DNA of 63,768 nucleotides, filler included, from Actinomycetota bacterium (lineage in GTDB: Bacteria > Actinomycetota > Actinomycetes > JAKEEW01): the NCBI GenBank assembly GCA_046725875.1. It is 4 parts of 4 records of this genome, joined end to end, with 100 filler letters (N's around TTAATTAATTAA, not from the genome) between each part and the next. Parts side by side here need not be neighbours in the genome. Positions count along the whole stretch, not along the records: positions 1 to 27,334 come from JBKOZJ010000084.1; 3 more parts are not named here. The stretch is one strand, 5' to 3'. The notes beneath the pieces are model-generated. The model had not been told where the DNA came from. It did no database searches and was given only the letters and a program-made list of their open reading frames with translations. The position numbers and the translations under genes are program-made. Shown here piece after piece: positions 1 through 11,255 of the stretch (its first letter is position 1; each line of letters starts with the position of its first letter).

Positions 1-2045
1 GTCGTGGTGCGGGCGGGCGCGTCGGCGCGCCCAGTCGACCCGGCGCCGGCGGTCGCGGACCGACCGGCCCAGGCGCTCTCGGCGGTCGTCCGGCACCTGG
101 TGGCCGGGGCCGCGGTGGCGGCACCGCGGGCGCCTTTGGCCGTCCTGGCGGTGCCCGTCCGACCCGAGGCCGCAAATCCAAGAAGCAGCGCCGGCAAGAG
201 TTCGACAACATGCAGGCACCGGCCATCGGCGGCATCACGTTGCCGCGTGGCCAGGGCCAGACTCTCCGGATGCCGCGGGGCTCCTCGCTGAGTGACTTCG
301 CCGAGCGGATCGGGGCCAACCCGGCGTCGCTTGTGCAGGCGCTGTTCCATCTCGGCGAAATGGTCACGGCCACCCAGTCGGTGAGCGACGACACGCTGAG
401 GCTGTTGGGCGAGGAGCTCAACTACAACGTCGAGATCGTCAGTCCGGAGGACGAGGACCGCGAGCTGCTGGAATCGTTCAACCTCGACTTCGGGGAGGAC
501 GTCGGCGTGGACGCCGACCTCGAGGTCCGCCCGCCGGTCGTCACGGTCATGGGCCATGTCGACCATGGCAAGACCAAGCTGCTCGATGCGATTAGGCAAA
601 CCAACGTCGCCGAGGGCGAGGCCGGTGGCATCACCCAGCACATCGGCGCCTACCAGGTCCACGCCGGGCCCGACAACCGGGCGATCACCTTCATCGACAC
701 CCCCGGCCACGAGGCATTCACGGCCATGCGGGCGCGCGGTGCCCAATCAACCGACATCGCCGTTCTGGTGGTCGCGGCCGACGACGGCGTGATGCCGCAG
801 ACGATCGAGGCGCTCAACCACGCAAAGGCGGCCGACGTCCCCGTGGTGGTCGCGGTCAACAAGATCGACAAGCCGGGCGCCGATCCGGCGAAGGTGCGTG
901 GCCAGCTCAGCGAATACGGCCTGGTGCCCGAGGAGTACGGCGGCGACACGATGTTCGTCGACGTCTCCGCCCGCGAGGGGACCGGGATCGAGGACCTGCT
1001 CGAGGCGATCCTGCTCACGGCGGATGCGGCACTCGACTTGCGCGCCAACCCGAACCAGGACGCGCAGGGTGTGGCCATCGAGGCACACCTGGACCGCGGT
1101 CGCGGCCCGATCGCGACCGTTTTGGTTCAGCGCGGCACACTGCGGGTTGGCGACCCGATCGTCGCCGGTGACGCGTTCGGCCGGGTCCGGGCGATGCTCG
1201 ACGAGAACGGCAACGGGCTGGAGGAGGCGAGCCCATCCCGTCCGGTGCAGGTGCTCGGCTTCACCTCGGTGCCGAGCGCGGGCGACACCTTCCTGGTCGT
1301 ACCAGAGGACCGAGTAGCCCGACAGATCGCCGAGCGCAGGCAGACCCGGGAGCGGAACGCGCAGTTCGCTCAGGTCCGGCGCCGCGTCTCGCTGGAGGAC
1401 ATCGAGGCGGCGATCAAGGCGGGCGAGCAGGAGGAGCTGCTGCTCATCATCAAGGGCGACATGTCCGGCTCGGTGGAAGCCCTGGAGGATGCGCTCCTCA
1501 AGATTGACGTCGGCGAGGGGGTCGGGATCCGGGTCCTACACCGGGGCGTCGGAGCGATCAACCAGAACGACGTCAACCTTGCGATGACGTCCGGTGCCGT
1601 GATCATCGGCTTCAACGTTCGGGCGGAGGGCAAGGTCGGTGAGCTCGCCGCTCGCGAGGGCGTCGACATCCGCTACTACTCGATCATCTACCAGGCGATC
1701 GACGAGATCGAGGCTGCGCTCAAGGGCATGCTCAAGGCCGAGTACGAGGAGGTCCAGCTCGGCACCGCGGAGATCCGCGAGGTCTTCCGGGTGCCGCGGG
1801 TGGGCAACGTCGCCGGCTGCATCGTCCGGTCCGGCACGATCACCAGAAACAGCAAGGCCAGGCTCATCCGCGACGGGGCGGTTGCGGCGGACAACCTCAC
1901 GGTCGAATCGCTGCGCCGGTTCAAGGACGACGTCACCGAGGTCAGGGAGGGCTTCGAGTGCGGTATCGGTCTCGGCGGCTTCAACGACATCAAGGTCGAC
2001 GACCTGATCGAGACCTTTGAGATGCGGGAGAAGCCCCGCGCCTAG
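1..2045 (+). CDS. infB: Translation initiation factor IF-2 (5' truncated by window edge)
   Basis: GHVDHGKT P-loop, DTPGH, NKID; frame is open upstream of 210 with the actinobacterial G/R-rich linker ([12 protein letters not shown]...[17 protein letters not shown]). Confidence 0.99.
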   Translation, partial: RGAGGRVGAPSRPGAGGRGPTGPGALGGRPAPGGRGRGGGTAGAFGRPGGARPTRGRKSKKQRRQEFDNMQAPAIGGITLPRGQGQTLRMPRGSSLSDFAERIGANPASLVQALFHLGEMVTATQSVSDDTLRLLGEELNYNVEIVSPEDEDRELLESFNLDFGEDVGVDADLEVRPPVVTVMGHVDHGKTKLLDAIRQTNVAEGEAGGITQHIGAYQVHAGPDNRAITFIDTPGHEAFTAMRARGAQSTDIAVLVVAADDGVMPQTIEALNHAKAADVPVVVAVNKIDKPGADPAKVRGQLSEYGLVPEEYGGDTMFVDVSAREGTGIEDLLEAILLTADAALDLRANPNQDAQGVAIEAHLDRGRGPIATVLVQRGTLRVGDPIVAGDAFGRVRAMLDENGNGLEEASPSRPVQVLGFTSVPSAGDTFLVVPEDRVARQIAERRQTRERNAQFAQVRRRVSLEDIEAAIKAGEQEELLLIIKGDMSGSVEALEDALLKIDVGEGVGIRVLHRGVGAINQNDVNLAMTSGAVIIGFNVRAEGKVGELAAREGVDIRYYSIIYQAIDEIEAALKGMLKAEYEEVQLGTAEIREVFRVPRVGNVAGCIVRSGTITRNSKARLIRDGAVAADNLTVESLRRFKDDVTEVREGFECGIGLGGFNDIKVDDLIETFEMREKPRA

Positions 2046-2048
2046 GCA

Positions 2049-2089
2049 CCCCGTGAAGTTTGATTGCTTCGCTCCAAAACTTCGCGGGG
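2049..2089 (+). terminator. Hairpin right after infB stop (terminator-like or REP-like)
   Basis: CCCCGTGAAGTTT...AAACTTCGCGGGG inverted repeat. Confidence 0.55.
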
Positions 2090-2153
2090 GCCGCCGCACG
2101 GCTGATCGCCGTTGGTGACTCACCGGGACCGTCCCAGGCGCGGGTCGGTTGTT

Positions 2154-2202
2154 CATGAGGGGCACCTTTACTCGGTAGGTTCGAGTCCGGGTGCCCCTCA
2201 TG
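2154..2202. repeat. Palindromic repeat element, copy A
   Basis: CATGAGGGGCACC-TTT-ACTCG-GTAGGTT-CGAGT-CCG-GGTGCCCCTCATG; reverse strand has core ACTCGAACCTACCGAG shared with copies at 40557 and 53092. Confidence 0.75.
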
Positions 2203-2244
2203 CGATCAGCGCCCGGGCGCCGCCGCAGGAAGGTGCGGGACCAC

Positions 2245-2541
2245 ATGTACGTCGGCAGCCTGTCACTGGATCTGCTCCTCGGTGACGTACGGTCGCTGAA
2301 GGAGAAGCGCTCGGTCGTCCGACCCGTTGTGGCCGAGCTGCAGCGCCGGTTCGCCGTCTCCGCCGCCGAGGTCGACTACCAGCAGCTCTACCGGCGGGCG
2401 CTCATCGGTGTGGCGGTCGTATCGGGCGAGGCCGGGCACTGCAGGGAAGTTCTCGACGCCTGCGAGCGGCTGATCGCCGGCCGCCCCGAAGTCGAGCTGC
2501 TGTCCGCGCGGCGGCGGCTGAGCAACGAGGAGGATCAATGA
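2245..2541 (+). CDS. DUF503 (YlxP-like) protein
   Basis: MYVGSLSLDLLLGDVRSLKEKRSVVRP...VSAAEVD; usual position between infB and rbfA. Confidence 0.92.
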   Translation: MYVGSLSLDLLLGDVRSLKEKRSVVRPVVAELQRRFAVSAAEVDYQQLYRRALIGVAVVSGEAGHCREVLDACERLIAGRPEVELLSARRRLSNEEDQ

Positions 2542-2561
2542 CTCCCCGAACCAGGCGTTCC

Positions 2562-3065
2562 ATGCCCCATCAGGTCCGTGCGCGCAAGCTCGCCGACCGG
2601 ATCCGGGTGGTGGTGGCCGAGACGATCGAGAAGCGGATCAAGGATCCGCGGCTTGCCTTCGTAACGATCACCGACGCGAGGATCACGAACGACCTGCGGG
2701 AGGCCACCGTCTTCTATACGGTGCTCGGCAGCGACGCCGAGCGGGCCGACACCGCGGCCGCGCTGGAGAGTGCCAAGGGCATCCTGCGCACCGAAGTGGG
2801 ACGGCAGACCGGGGTCAGGTTCACCCCGTCGCTCAGCTTTGTTGCGGATGCCGTGCCCGGCAATGCGCGACACATCGAGGACCTGCTGCGACAGGCGGCA
2901 GCCGCGGATGCCGAGGTACGAACAGCCGCCGCAGATGCCGAGTACGCGGGCGGCGCCGATCCGTATAAGCCCGACCGGGCGGAGGCGGCGGAAGCGGATG
3001 CCGATGGCGCTGCGGGGCCGCCCACTCGGGCCGCGGACATCAGCGAGGATCGCGCTCAGCCATGA
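2562..3065 (+). CDS. rbfA: Ribosome-binding factor A (alternative start 2538)
   Basis: RARKLADRI...IKDPRLAFVTITDARITNDLREATVFY...RFTPSLSF. Confidence 0.97.
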   Translation: MPHQVRARKLADRIRVVVAETIEKRIKDPRLAFVTITDARITNDLREATVFYTVLGSDAERADTAAALESAKGILRTEVGRQTGVRFTPSLSFVADAVPGNARHIEDLLRQAAAADAEVRTAAADAEYAGGADPYKPDRAEAAEADADGAAGPPTRAADISEDRAQP

Positions 3066-3078
3066 TTGGGGCCCGACC

Positions 3079-4011
3079 ATGACGGCCCGGACGTCTCGGC
3101 GGGAGCCCCGGTCCGGACTCGCTATCGTGGACAAGCCCGCTGGCTGGACCTCCCACGATGTTGTTGCCCGGATCCGCCGGCTCGCCGGCACCCGCCGCGT
3201 CGGCCACGCCGGGACATTGGATCCGATGGCGACCGGCGTGCTCGTGGTCGGCGTCGAGCGCGCGACGCGCCTTCTCGGCCACCTTGCGGTGACCGAGAAG
3301 GCGTACGAGGCGACCATCAGGCTGGGCGTCGCGACTCTCACCGATGACGCCGAGGGCCAGGTGACGGCGACCGCGTCGACCGCCGGCGTAACGGACGAGC
3401 ACATCCGGGCGGCCGTCCAGTCGCTGACCGGACGGATCGAGCAGGTCCCATCGGCGGTGTCCGCGGTGAAGATCGGCGGGCGGCGGTCTTATGAACGAGT
3501 ACGGTCCGGCGAGGCGGTCGCGCTGGCCGCTCGACCCGTGACCGTGTACGCATTCAAGATCCACGCCGTCCGCCGGTTCAACCGCGCGGACCGGCGACGG
3601 TCTGACCCCGAGGAGACGGTCGACGTCGACGTATCCGTGGTCTGTTCCTCCGGCACGTATGTCCGGGCCTTGGCCCGAGATCTCGGGGCACAGCTAGGCG
3701 TAGGCGGACATCTGGTCGCATTGCGGCGCACCCGGGCGGGCCCGTACAGCCTCGAGATAGCGCGGACCCTCGATCAGCTCGCCGTAGAGCTTGCTCTGCT
3801 GCCGCTCGCCGAGGCTGCTGCGGCCGCCTTCCCGCGGCGCGATGTCGACCAGGCGGACGCAGTACGGGTAGCGCACGGCGGTCGGTTGCCCGCGGCGGGG
3901 GTGGCCGGGACCTACGCCGCATTCGGCCCAGATGGCGACTTCCTCGCGCTGCTCGAGGACCATGGCCCGACCGCCAAACCAGTCGCAGTCTTCGCCGGCC
4001 AGGGCGAGTAA
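3079..4011 (+). CDS. truB: tRNA pseudouridine(55) synthase
   Basis: VDKPAGWTSHDVV, GHAGTLDPMATGVL, CSSGTYVRALARD. Confidence 0.98.
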   Translation: MTARTSRREPRSGLAIVDKPAGWTSHDVVARIRRLAGTRRVGHAGTLDPMATGVLVVGVERATRLLGHLAVTEKAYEATIRLGVATLTDDAEGQVTATASTAGVTDEHIRAAVQSLTGRIEQVPSAVSAVKIGGRRSYERVRSGEAVALAARPVTVYAFKIHAVRRFNRADRRRSDPEETVDVDVSVVCSSGTYVRALARDLGAQLGVGGHLVALRRTRAGPYSLEIARTLDQLAVELALLPLAEAAAAAFPRRDVDQADAVRVAHGGRLPAAGVAGTYAAFGPDGDFLALLEDHGPTAKPVAVFAGQGE

Positions 4012-4095
4012 CCAGATCGCGGCCAGTGGCATCCTGCCTCTTCGTGGCGTGCGAGGCTTGACGGCATCTGCCATGGCCATCGTCGAGGAGGGCGA

Positions 4096-5088
4096 GTGCT
4101 GCGCTGGGAGGGGCTCGGCCAAGTCCCAGAGGACTGGGGACGCTCGGTGGTGACCGTGGGTGTGTTCGATGGCGTGCACCGCGGCCACCAGCGTGTGGTC
4201 GGCCGGGCGGCGGAGCGCGCCCGCGAGCTGGGGCTGCCGGTCGTGGTGGTGACCTTCGACCCCAACCCGGTGGAGATCGTCCGCCCCGGCTTGCATGCGC
4301 CGGTCCTGACAAGTGTCGATCGCAGGGTTGAGCTCCTTGGCGAGGCCGGGGCCGACGCCGTGCTCGTCGTGGCCTTCACCCACGAGCTGTCCCTCCAGCC
4401 CCCGCGCGACTTTGTCGTGGCGTACCTGGTCGAGGGTTTGCATGCCGCGGCGGTGGTGGTCGGGACGAATTTCAGGTACGGCCACCGGGCCGCCGGCGAC
4501 GTAACGCTGCTCGAGCAGTTGGGCGCCGAATACGGCTTCTCGCTCGAGGTCTTTGACCTCGTGGCGGCGGACGCCCATGCGGTGTCCTCCACGTACGTCA
4601 GGGAGCTGGTCGAGCGTGGCGACGTTGCGGCGGCGGTGCGGGCGCTCGGTCGCCCACACCAGGTCGAAGGACTTGTGGTCGAGGGCGACCGCCGGGGCCG
4701 GGAGCTGGGCTTCCCGACGGCGAACCTCAAAACCGTCCCCAACGCCGCCATCCCGGCCGACGGAGTCTACGCGGGCTGGCTGGTCACCCGAGGGGCCACT
4801 GCTGGCCGGCTTCCCGCGGCGATCTCCATTGGCACGAACCCGACGTTCGACGGAACCGAACGGCGGGTGGAGGCGCACGCGCTCGACCGCACCGACCTCG
4901 AGCTCCACGGCGAAGAGGTCGCGGTCGACTTCGTCGAACGACTCCGCGACACGATCAAGTTCGAGTCGGTCGATGCACTGGTCGCGCAGATGCACGCCGA
5001 CGTCGCCGCCACCCGGCAGATTCTCTCTCGGGCAGCGACGCACGCCTCGCCAGAGTCGTCCGCTGGGAGCGCCGGGATTGGGGACTGA
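4096..5088 (+). CDS. ribF: Bifunctional riboflavin kinase/FAD synthetase
   Basis: GVFDGVHRGHQ, VSSTYVR, GRELGFPTAN, GTNPTF. Confidence 0.98.
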   Translation: MLRWEGLGQVPEDWGRSVVTVGVFDGVHRGHQRVVGRAAERARELGLPVVVVTFDPNPVEIVRPGLHAPVLTSVDRRVELLGEAGADAVLVVAFTHELSLQPPRDFVVAYLVEGLHAAAVVVGTNFRYGHRAAGDVTLLEQLGAEYGFSLEVFDLVAADAHAVSSTYVRELVERGDVAAAVRALGRPHQVEGLVVEGDRRGRELGFPTANLKTVPNAAIPADGVYAGWLVTRGATAGRLPAAISIGTNPTFDGTERRVEAHALDRTDLELHGEEVAVDFVERLRDTIKFESVDALVAQMHADVAATRQILSRAATHASPESSAGSAGIGD

Positions 5089-5124
5089 CGATGATCAGAT
5101 GATACGGTTGCGCGAGCCGATATC

Positions 5125-5198
5125 TCGGCCGTGAGCTTGCCGTACCTGCGTGACGACTACCGCAGGACCTCACCTGAGCCCCAACAGGGAGCGAAACC
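5125..5198 (+). promoter_or_regulatory. Possible rpsO (S15) autoregulatory leader
   Basis: Hairpin CCTGCG-N10-CGCAGG upstream of the rpsO RBS; call rests mainly on position. Confidence 0.35.
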
Positions 5199-5468
5199 AT
5201 GGCGCTTGACAGCGCGACGAAGAAGCAGATCCTCGCCGAGCATGGCAGCACCGAAGGCGACACGGGCTCCCCGGAAGCCCAGGTGGCACTGCTCACCCGC
5301 CGGATCAACGACCTGACCGAGCACCTCAAGGTGCACAAGCACGACCACCACAGCCGTCGCGGGCTGCTCCTGCTCGTCGGCCGCCGCCGCCGGCTGCTGC
5401 AATACCTTGCGAGGAAGGACATCACCCGCTACCGCGCGCTGATCGAGAAGCTCGGCCTGCGTCGCTGA
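5199..5468 (+). CDS. rpsO: 30S ribosomal protein S15
   Basis: [13 protein letters not shown]...[22 protein letters not shown]...LGLRR. Confidence 0.99.
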   Translation: MALDSATKKQILAEHGSTEGDTGSPEAQVALLTRRINDLTEHLKVHKHDHHSRRGLLLLVGRRRRLLQYLARKDITRYRALIEKLGLRR

Positions 5469-5559
5469 CCGGCTAGATTACTTGATAGGTAACAACTAGA
5501 TACTGGAAGTTCCGACCATGCGAAGCGGGTCGGCACCCAGGGACCGCGCACCCGAATGA

Positions 5560-5627
5560 CCGGTCCTCGGTAGTGGCTCCCGGACGGATCTTGATGATCA
5601 TATCCGGGCGCTTCGATCGAAGACCGG
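5560..5627 (+). ncRNA. Actino-pnp leader RNA stem-loop
   Basis: CCGGTCCTCGGTAGTGGCTCCCGG...CCGGGCGCTTCGATCGAAGACCGG in the rpsO-pnp spacer, matching my recollection of the Actino-pnp motif. Confidence 0.8.
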
Positions 5628-5690
5628 CCGCTGCCGCGGCGTGCTCGGGCCCCCGCCGACCCTCTCCGCGCGTACGAAGGAGGGTGACCC

Positions 5691-7877
5691 GTGCAGGGTC
5701 CCGACATTCAATCCGCCGAGGCAGTCGTCGACAACGGTTCCTTCGGCAGGCGCACCGTCCGGTTCGAGACCGGGCGCTTGGCGCGTCAGGCGGCGGGATC
5801 GGCCGTCGCCTATCTCGACGGGGACACGATGGTCCTGTCGGCCACCACGGTTTCCAAACAGCCGAAGGAGCAGTTCGACTTCTTCCCCCTGACGGTCGAC
5901 GTCGAGGAGCGTATGTACGCGGCCGGGCGGATCCCCGGCTCGTTCTTCCGGCGGGAGGGCCGGCCGAGCGAGGACGCGATCCTGACCGCCCGGCTAATCG
6001 ACCGGCCGCTGCGGCCGTCCTTCATCAAGGGGCTGCGAAACGAGATCCAGATCGTCGAGACGGTCCTCACGCTGAGCCCGGAGCATCTCTACGACGTCGT
6101 TGCGATCAACGCGGCCTCGATGTCCACCCTGCTGGCCGGCGTGCCGTTTGCCGGGCCGATCGGCGGCGTCCGGGTGGCTTTGATCGACAACCAGTGGGTC
6201 GCGTTCCCCACCCACAGTGAACTGGAGCGGGCCGTCTTCGACATGGTCGTCGCCGGCCGGGTGCTCGAGGACGGCGACGTTGCGATCATGATGGTCGAGG
6301 CGGAGGCGACGGCCGAGACTCTGGCCCTGGTGGCTTCCGGCGCCACCGCGTCCACCGAGGAGGTCGTGGCCGAGGGGCTCGAAGCCGCCAAGCCGTTCAT
6401 CAAGACGCTGTGTGCGGCACAGTCCGAACTCGCCGCCCGGGCCGCGAAGCCGGTCGCCGAATTTCCGGTCTTCCTGGAGTATCAGGACGATGTGCTGGAG
6501 GCGGTCTCGGCGGCCGTGCGTGACGAGCTCGAGCAGGCCCTGACCATCGCGGGCAAGCAGGAGCGCGAGGCCGAGCTCGATCGGATCAAGACTCTCGCCA
6601 CAGAGAAGATCGGTGCCCAGTTCGAGGGGCGCGAAAAGGAGATCGGCGGTGCCTTCCGTGCGCTCACGAAGAAGCTTGTGCGAGAGCGCGTCGTCCGCGA
6701 CAAGATCCGCATCGACGGCCGGGGCGTCACCGACATCCGTCGGTTGTCTGCCCAGGTTGGGGTGGTTCCGCGGGTGCATGGCTCCGCGCTCTTCGAGCGC
6801 GGCGAGACCCAGATCCTCGGTGTGACCACGCTGAACATGCTGCGCATGGAGCAGACCCTGGACACGCTGGCGCCGGAGCGCACGAAGCGTTACATGCACA
6901 ACTACAACATGCCGCCGTACTCCGTCGGCGAGACCGGCCGGGTGGGCGCACCTAAGCGCCGGGAGATCGGCCATGGTGCCCTCGCGGAGCGGGCCCTCGT
7001 CCCGGTGCTCCCGAGCCGAGAAGAGTTCCCGTACGCGATCCGCCAGGTGTCCGAGGCAATCGGATCGAACGGCTCGACCTCGATGGGTTCGGTGTGCGCG
7101 AGCACCCTAGCGTTGCTCAACGCCGGCGTGCCGTTGAAGGCGTCCGTGGCGGGCATCGCGATGGGCCTCATCTTCGAGAACGGCGAGTACGCGACCCTCA
7201 CGGACATCCTGGGCGCCGAGGACGCCTTCGGCGACATGGACTTCAAAGTCGCCGGTACCCGGGAATTCGTCACCGCCCTCCAGCTCGACACCAAGCTCGA
7301 CGGCGTTCCCGCCTCGGTGCTCGCGGGCGCGCTTAAGCAGGCTCGCGAGGCCAGGCTGCACATCCTTGACGTCATGGAGGAGGCCATCGACCGGCCCGCC
7401 GAGATGAGCCCCTACGCACCGCGGATCATCACCCTCAAGGTTCCGGTCGACAAGATCGGTGAGGTGATCGGCCCCAAGGGAAAGGTCATCAATCAGATCC
7501 AGGACGACACCGGCGCAGAGATCACTATCGAGGACGACGGCACGATCTACATCGGCGCGACCGACGGCCCCTCCGCCGAGGCCGCGCGGATCCAGGTCAA
7601 CACCATCGCCAACCCCCACCAGCCGCAGGTCGGCGAGCGCTACGTGGGCACGGTCGTGAAGACCACGAACTTCGGCGCGTTCATCTCGCTCCTCCCCGGC
7701 AAAGACGGGCTCCTGCACATCTCGCAGCTGCGCAAGCTCGGCGGCGGCAAGCGGGTGGAGAACGTCGACGACGTGGTCAAGGTCGGGCAGAAGATCCAAG
7801 TAGAGATCGCCGAGATCGACCCGCGCGGCAAGCTGTCCCTGGTGCCGGTACTCGAGGACGAGGCGGGCAAGGCTTGA
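5691..7877 (+). CDS. pnp: Polyribonucleotide nucleotidyltransferase (PNPase/GpsI)
   Basis: [45 protein letters not shown] (IGPKGK) and S1 domains. Confidence 0.99.
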   Translation: MQGPDIQSAEAVVDNGSFGRRTVRFETGRLARQAAGSAVAYLDGDTMVLSATTVSKQPKEQFDFFPLTVDVEERMYAAGRIPGSFFRREGRPSEDAILTARLIDRPLRPSFIKGLRNEIQIVETVLTLSPEHLYDVVAINAASMSTLLAGVPFAGPIGGVRVALIDNQWVAFPTHSELERAVFDMVVAGRVLEDGDVAIMMVEAEATAETLALVASGATASTEEVVAEGLEAAKPFIKTLCAAQSELAARAAKPVAEFPVFLEYQDDVLEAVSAAVRDELEQALTIAGKQEREAELDRIKTLATEKIGAQFEGREKEIGGAFRALTKKLVRERVVRDKIRIDGRGVTDIRRLSAQVGVVPRVHGSALFERGETQILGVTTLNMLRMEQTLDTLAPERTKRYMHNYNMPPYSVGETGRVGAPKRREIGHGALAERALVPVLPSREEFPYAIRQVSEAIGSNGSTSMGSVCASTLALLNAGVPLKASVAGIAMGLIFENGEYATLTDILGAEDAFGDMDFKVAGTREFVTALQLDTKLDGVPASVLAGALKQAREARLHILDVMEEAIDRPAEMSPYAPRIITLKVPVDKIGEVIGPKGKVINQIQDDTGAEITIEDDGTIYIGATDGPSAEAARIQVNTIANPHQPQVGERYVGTVVKTTNFGAFISLLPGKDGLLHISQLRKLGGGKRVENVDDVVKVGQKIQVEIAEIDPRGKLSLVPVLEDEAGKA

Positions 7878-9217
7878 TGTTCGCCCGCGACCAGGAGCCA
7901 GGAACCACCATCACGCTGTATCCCGGGAGTGACGGTGGGGGCGGCGTCGTTCGCCGCACAGTCCTTCCTGGCGGACTGAGCATTGTCACGGAGGCTGTGC
8001 CTACGGTTCGAGCGGCTACCTTCGGCGTGTGGGTTGGCGTCGGCTCGCGCGACGAAGTGCCCGCCCTGGCCGGCGCCACTCACTATCTGGAGCACCTGCT
8101 CTTCAAGGGCACCGAGCGGCGGAACGCGCTCGAGATCTCCGCGGCCATCGATGCGGTCGGCGGCGAGATGAACGCGTTCACCGCGAAGGAGTACACCTGC
8201 TACTACGCGCGGGTGCTCGACACCGATCTGCCGCTTGCCATCGACGTGGTTTGCGACATGGTCACCTCGGCGCTCATCCAGCCACCGGATGTCGACAGCG
8301 AGCGCGGCGTGATCCTCGAAGAGATCGCGATGCACGACGACGACCCGGGCGACCTTGTGCACGACACCTTCGCATCGGCGCTGCTCGGTGACTCTCCACT
8401 TGGACGGCCGATCCTCGGCACCGTCGCCTCGATCGAGTCGCTGGAACGGGATGCGATAGCCGGCTACTACCAGCGGGAGTACTCCCCCGCCCGCACCGTC
8501 GTCGCGGCCGCGGGCAACCTCGATCACGACGAGGTCGTCCGGCTGGTCGCCGAGGCATTCGTCCGCGGTAGTCGGCCGGTCGGGGAAACAGATCGCCCGG
8601 TCGGTCCGCGCATCGGTGAGACAGATCTGCGGGCCCGTGGTGGCGTCGCCGTGGTCAACCGGCCCACCGAGCAGGCCAACCTCGTCCTTGGCGTGCCGGG
8701 TGTGGCCCGCACGGACGACCGCCGTTTCGCGCTTGGGGTGCTCAACAGCGCGCTCGGTGGCGGCATGAGCTCACGGCTCTTCCAGGAGATCCGTGAGAAG
8801 CGTGGCCTCGCATACTCCGTCTACTCGTTCGCCTCGCATTACGCCGACCTCGGAATGTTCGGCGTCTACGCCGGCTGCCTGCCGAAGAAGGTGGACCAGG
8901 TGCTCGACATCTGCCGAGCCGAGCTCGCCTCCGTCGCGGAGCGCGGAATCGCGCCGGAGGAGCTGGCCCGCGGGATCGGGCAGCTTCGCGGTTCGCTCGT
9001 TCTCGGCCTGGAGGACACCGGCTCGCGGATGAGTCGCCTGGGCAAGAGCGAGCTCGTGTACGGGGAGCTGTTGTCGATCGAGGAGATCCTCGCCCGGATA
9101 AGCGCCGTTACGCTCGAGGATATTCGCAAGATCGCCGGCGAGGTTCTCGCCGCCGAGCCCACGCTCGCCGTGATCGGCCCCTTCGACGAGGACAAGCAGT
9201 TCGCCCTGACCGCCTGA
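7874..9217 (+). CDS. M16 (pitrilysin) family zinc peptidase
   Basis: HYLEH inverted zinc motif, [30 protein letters not shown]; conserved downstream of pnp. Confidence 0.96.
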   Translation: MMFARDQEPGTTITLYPGSDGGGGVVRRTVLPGGLSIVTEAVPTVRAATFGVWVGVGSRDEVPALAGATHYLEHLLFKGTERRNALEISAAIDAVGGEMNAFTAKEYTCYYARVLDTDLPLAIDVVCDMVTSALIQPPDVDSERGVILEEIAMHDDDPGDLVHDTFASALLGDSPLGRPILGTVASIESLERDAIAGYYQREYSPARTVVAAAGNLDHDEVVRLVAEAFVRGSRPVGETDRPVGPRIGETDLRARGGVAVVNRPTEQANLVLGVPGVARTDDRRFALGVLNSALGGGMSSRLFQEIREKRGLAYSVYSFASHYADLGMFGVYAGCLPKKVDQVLDICRAELASVAERGIAPEELARGIGQLRGSLVLGLEDTGSRMSRLGKSELVYGELLSIEEILARISAVTLEDIRKIAGEVLAAEPTLAVIGPFDEDKQFALTA

Positions 9218-9341
9218 TTGACCCATCGTGGCCCTGGTGTATGAGCGTCGCGGCTTCCTCAGAAGCCGATAGCCACATCTAGCCCACGGATTTCTGGCAC
9301 TCTAGGCAGCCGAGGTGTTGTCGACCTAGCCAAGGGGTTTT

Positions 9342-10271
9342 ATGGACTGGACGCTGGTCGCCGGGGGCGCGATCGTGGGAATGATCGTGGGCATGACCGG
9401 GATGGGCGGCGGCGCGCTCATGACACCGATGCTCGTCCTGTTCTTCGGCGTCCAGCCGCTCGCCGCCGTCTCGAACGACCTGGTGGTCACCGCGTTCATG
9501 AAGCCGGTTGGCGGTGCGGTCCACCTGCGCCGCGGAACTGTACATCTCGACCTCGTGAAGTGGTTGATGGTCGGATCGGTCCCGGCGGCGTTCGGTGGCG
9601 TGCTCATACTCCGGTTCTTGCTCGGTGACTCGACCACCATCCAAGAGGTGATCAAGCTTGCCCTCGGTGCCGCCCTGCTGCTAGCGGCTATCGGGATCGC
9701 TGCGCGAGCCTACGTATCGGCTCGCGGCGAAGGCGGGACGCAGCAGCACGACAGCGCCCCGAGTGTCATCGTGCGGCGGCGCGCCACAGTGATAGTCGGA
9801 GCAGTCGCCGGGCTGGTCGTCGGCCTGACATCGGTCGGTTCGGGCTCGCTCGTCGTGGTCGCGCTCCTGACGCTGTATCCCGCCCTGTCCGCAGCGCGCC
9901 TGGTCGGGACCGACATCGTTCAGGCGATACCGCTGGTTGCTTCCGCAGCACTCGCTCACGTGCTCTTCGGCGATTTCCATCTTGATCTCGCGGCCGCCCT
10001 CCTGCTCGGGTCCATCCCCGGCGTATGGGTTGGGGCTCATACGTCATCCCGGGCGCCGGACGGGATCGTGAAATCCCTCCTCGCCGTCGTGCTCACTGCC
10101 TCGGCGCTGAAAATGTTCGGCGTGCCGACGGCCGCGGTCGGCTGGTTCCTGCTCGGCCTCGCCGTCGCGGGATCGATTGCGTGGGTTCTTGTACATACAA
10201 CTGCAGCGCGTCGCTCGGCAAGACCGGCAGATCCGGAGCCTACATCGAGGGTGACGGCGGCTCGCCACTAG
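9342..10271 (+). CDS. TauE/SafE family (sulfite exporter-like) membrane protein
   Basis: VGMTGMGGGALMTPML, GLTSVGSGSL, LVGTDIVQA. Confidence 0.9.
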   Translation: MDWTLVAGGAIVGMIVGMTGMGGGALMTPMLVLFFGVQPLAAVSNDLVVTAFMKPVGGAVHLRRGTVHLDLVKWLMVGSVPAAFGGVLILRFLLGDSTTIQEVIKLALGAALLLAAIGIAARAYVSARGEGGTQQHDSAPSVIVRRRATVIVGAVAGLVVGLTSVGSGSLVVVALLTLYPALSAARLVGTDIVQAIPLVASAALAHVLFGDFHLDLAAALLLGSIPGVWVGAHTSSRAPDGIVKSLLAVVLTASALKMFGVPTAAVGWFLLGLAVAGSIAWVLVHTTAARRSARPADPEPTSRVTAARH

Positions 10272-11096
<825 letters not shown>

Positions 11097-11255
11097 GGAA
11101 TCCACCCGCGGTTCAGCCTCGGTCGGCGGATCGATCCGCCACGCTGCGGTTGCTGTGGGCCTTTGCATGGCCTTCCGGGGTCTTGTCGGGGTCCTTCACT
11201 ACCCTCTTAAACGCCTTCGCGGCCGAGGGGCGGTCACGCGGATTTACGGTCCGGC

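Noticed and set aside
3568..3616. Short hairpin-forming insert in truB (RRFNRADRRRSDPEE) and a charged insert in thrB
   Set aside because: No similarity to the repeat families; these are variable loops and hairpins arise easily at this GC content.
9218..9341. Possible riboswitch upstream of the TauE gene
   Set aside because: No recognisable SAM, Moco or other aptamer consensus.
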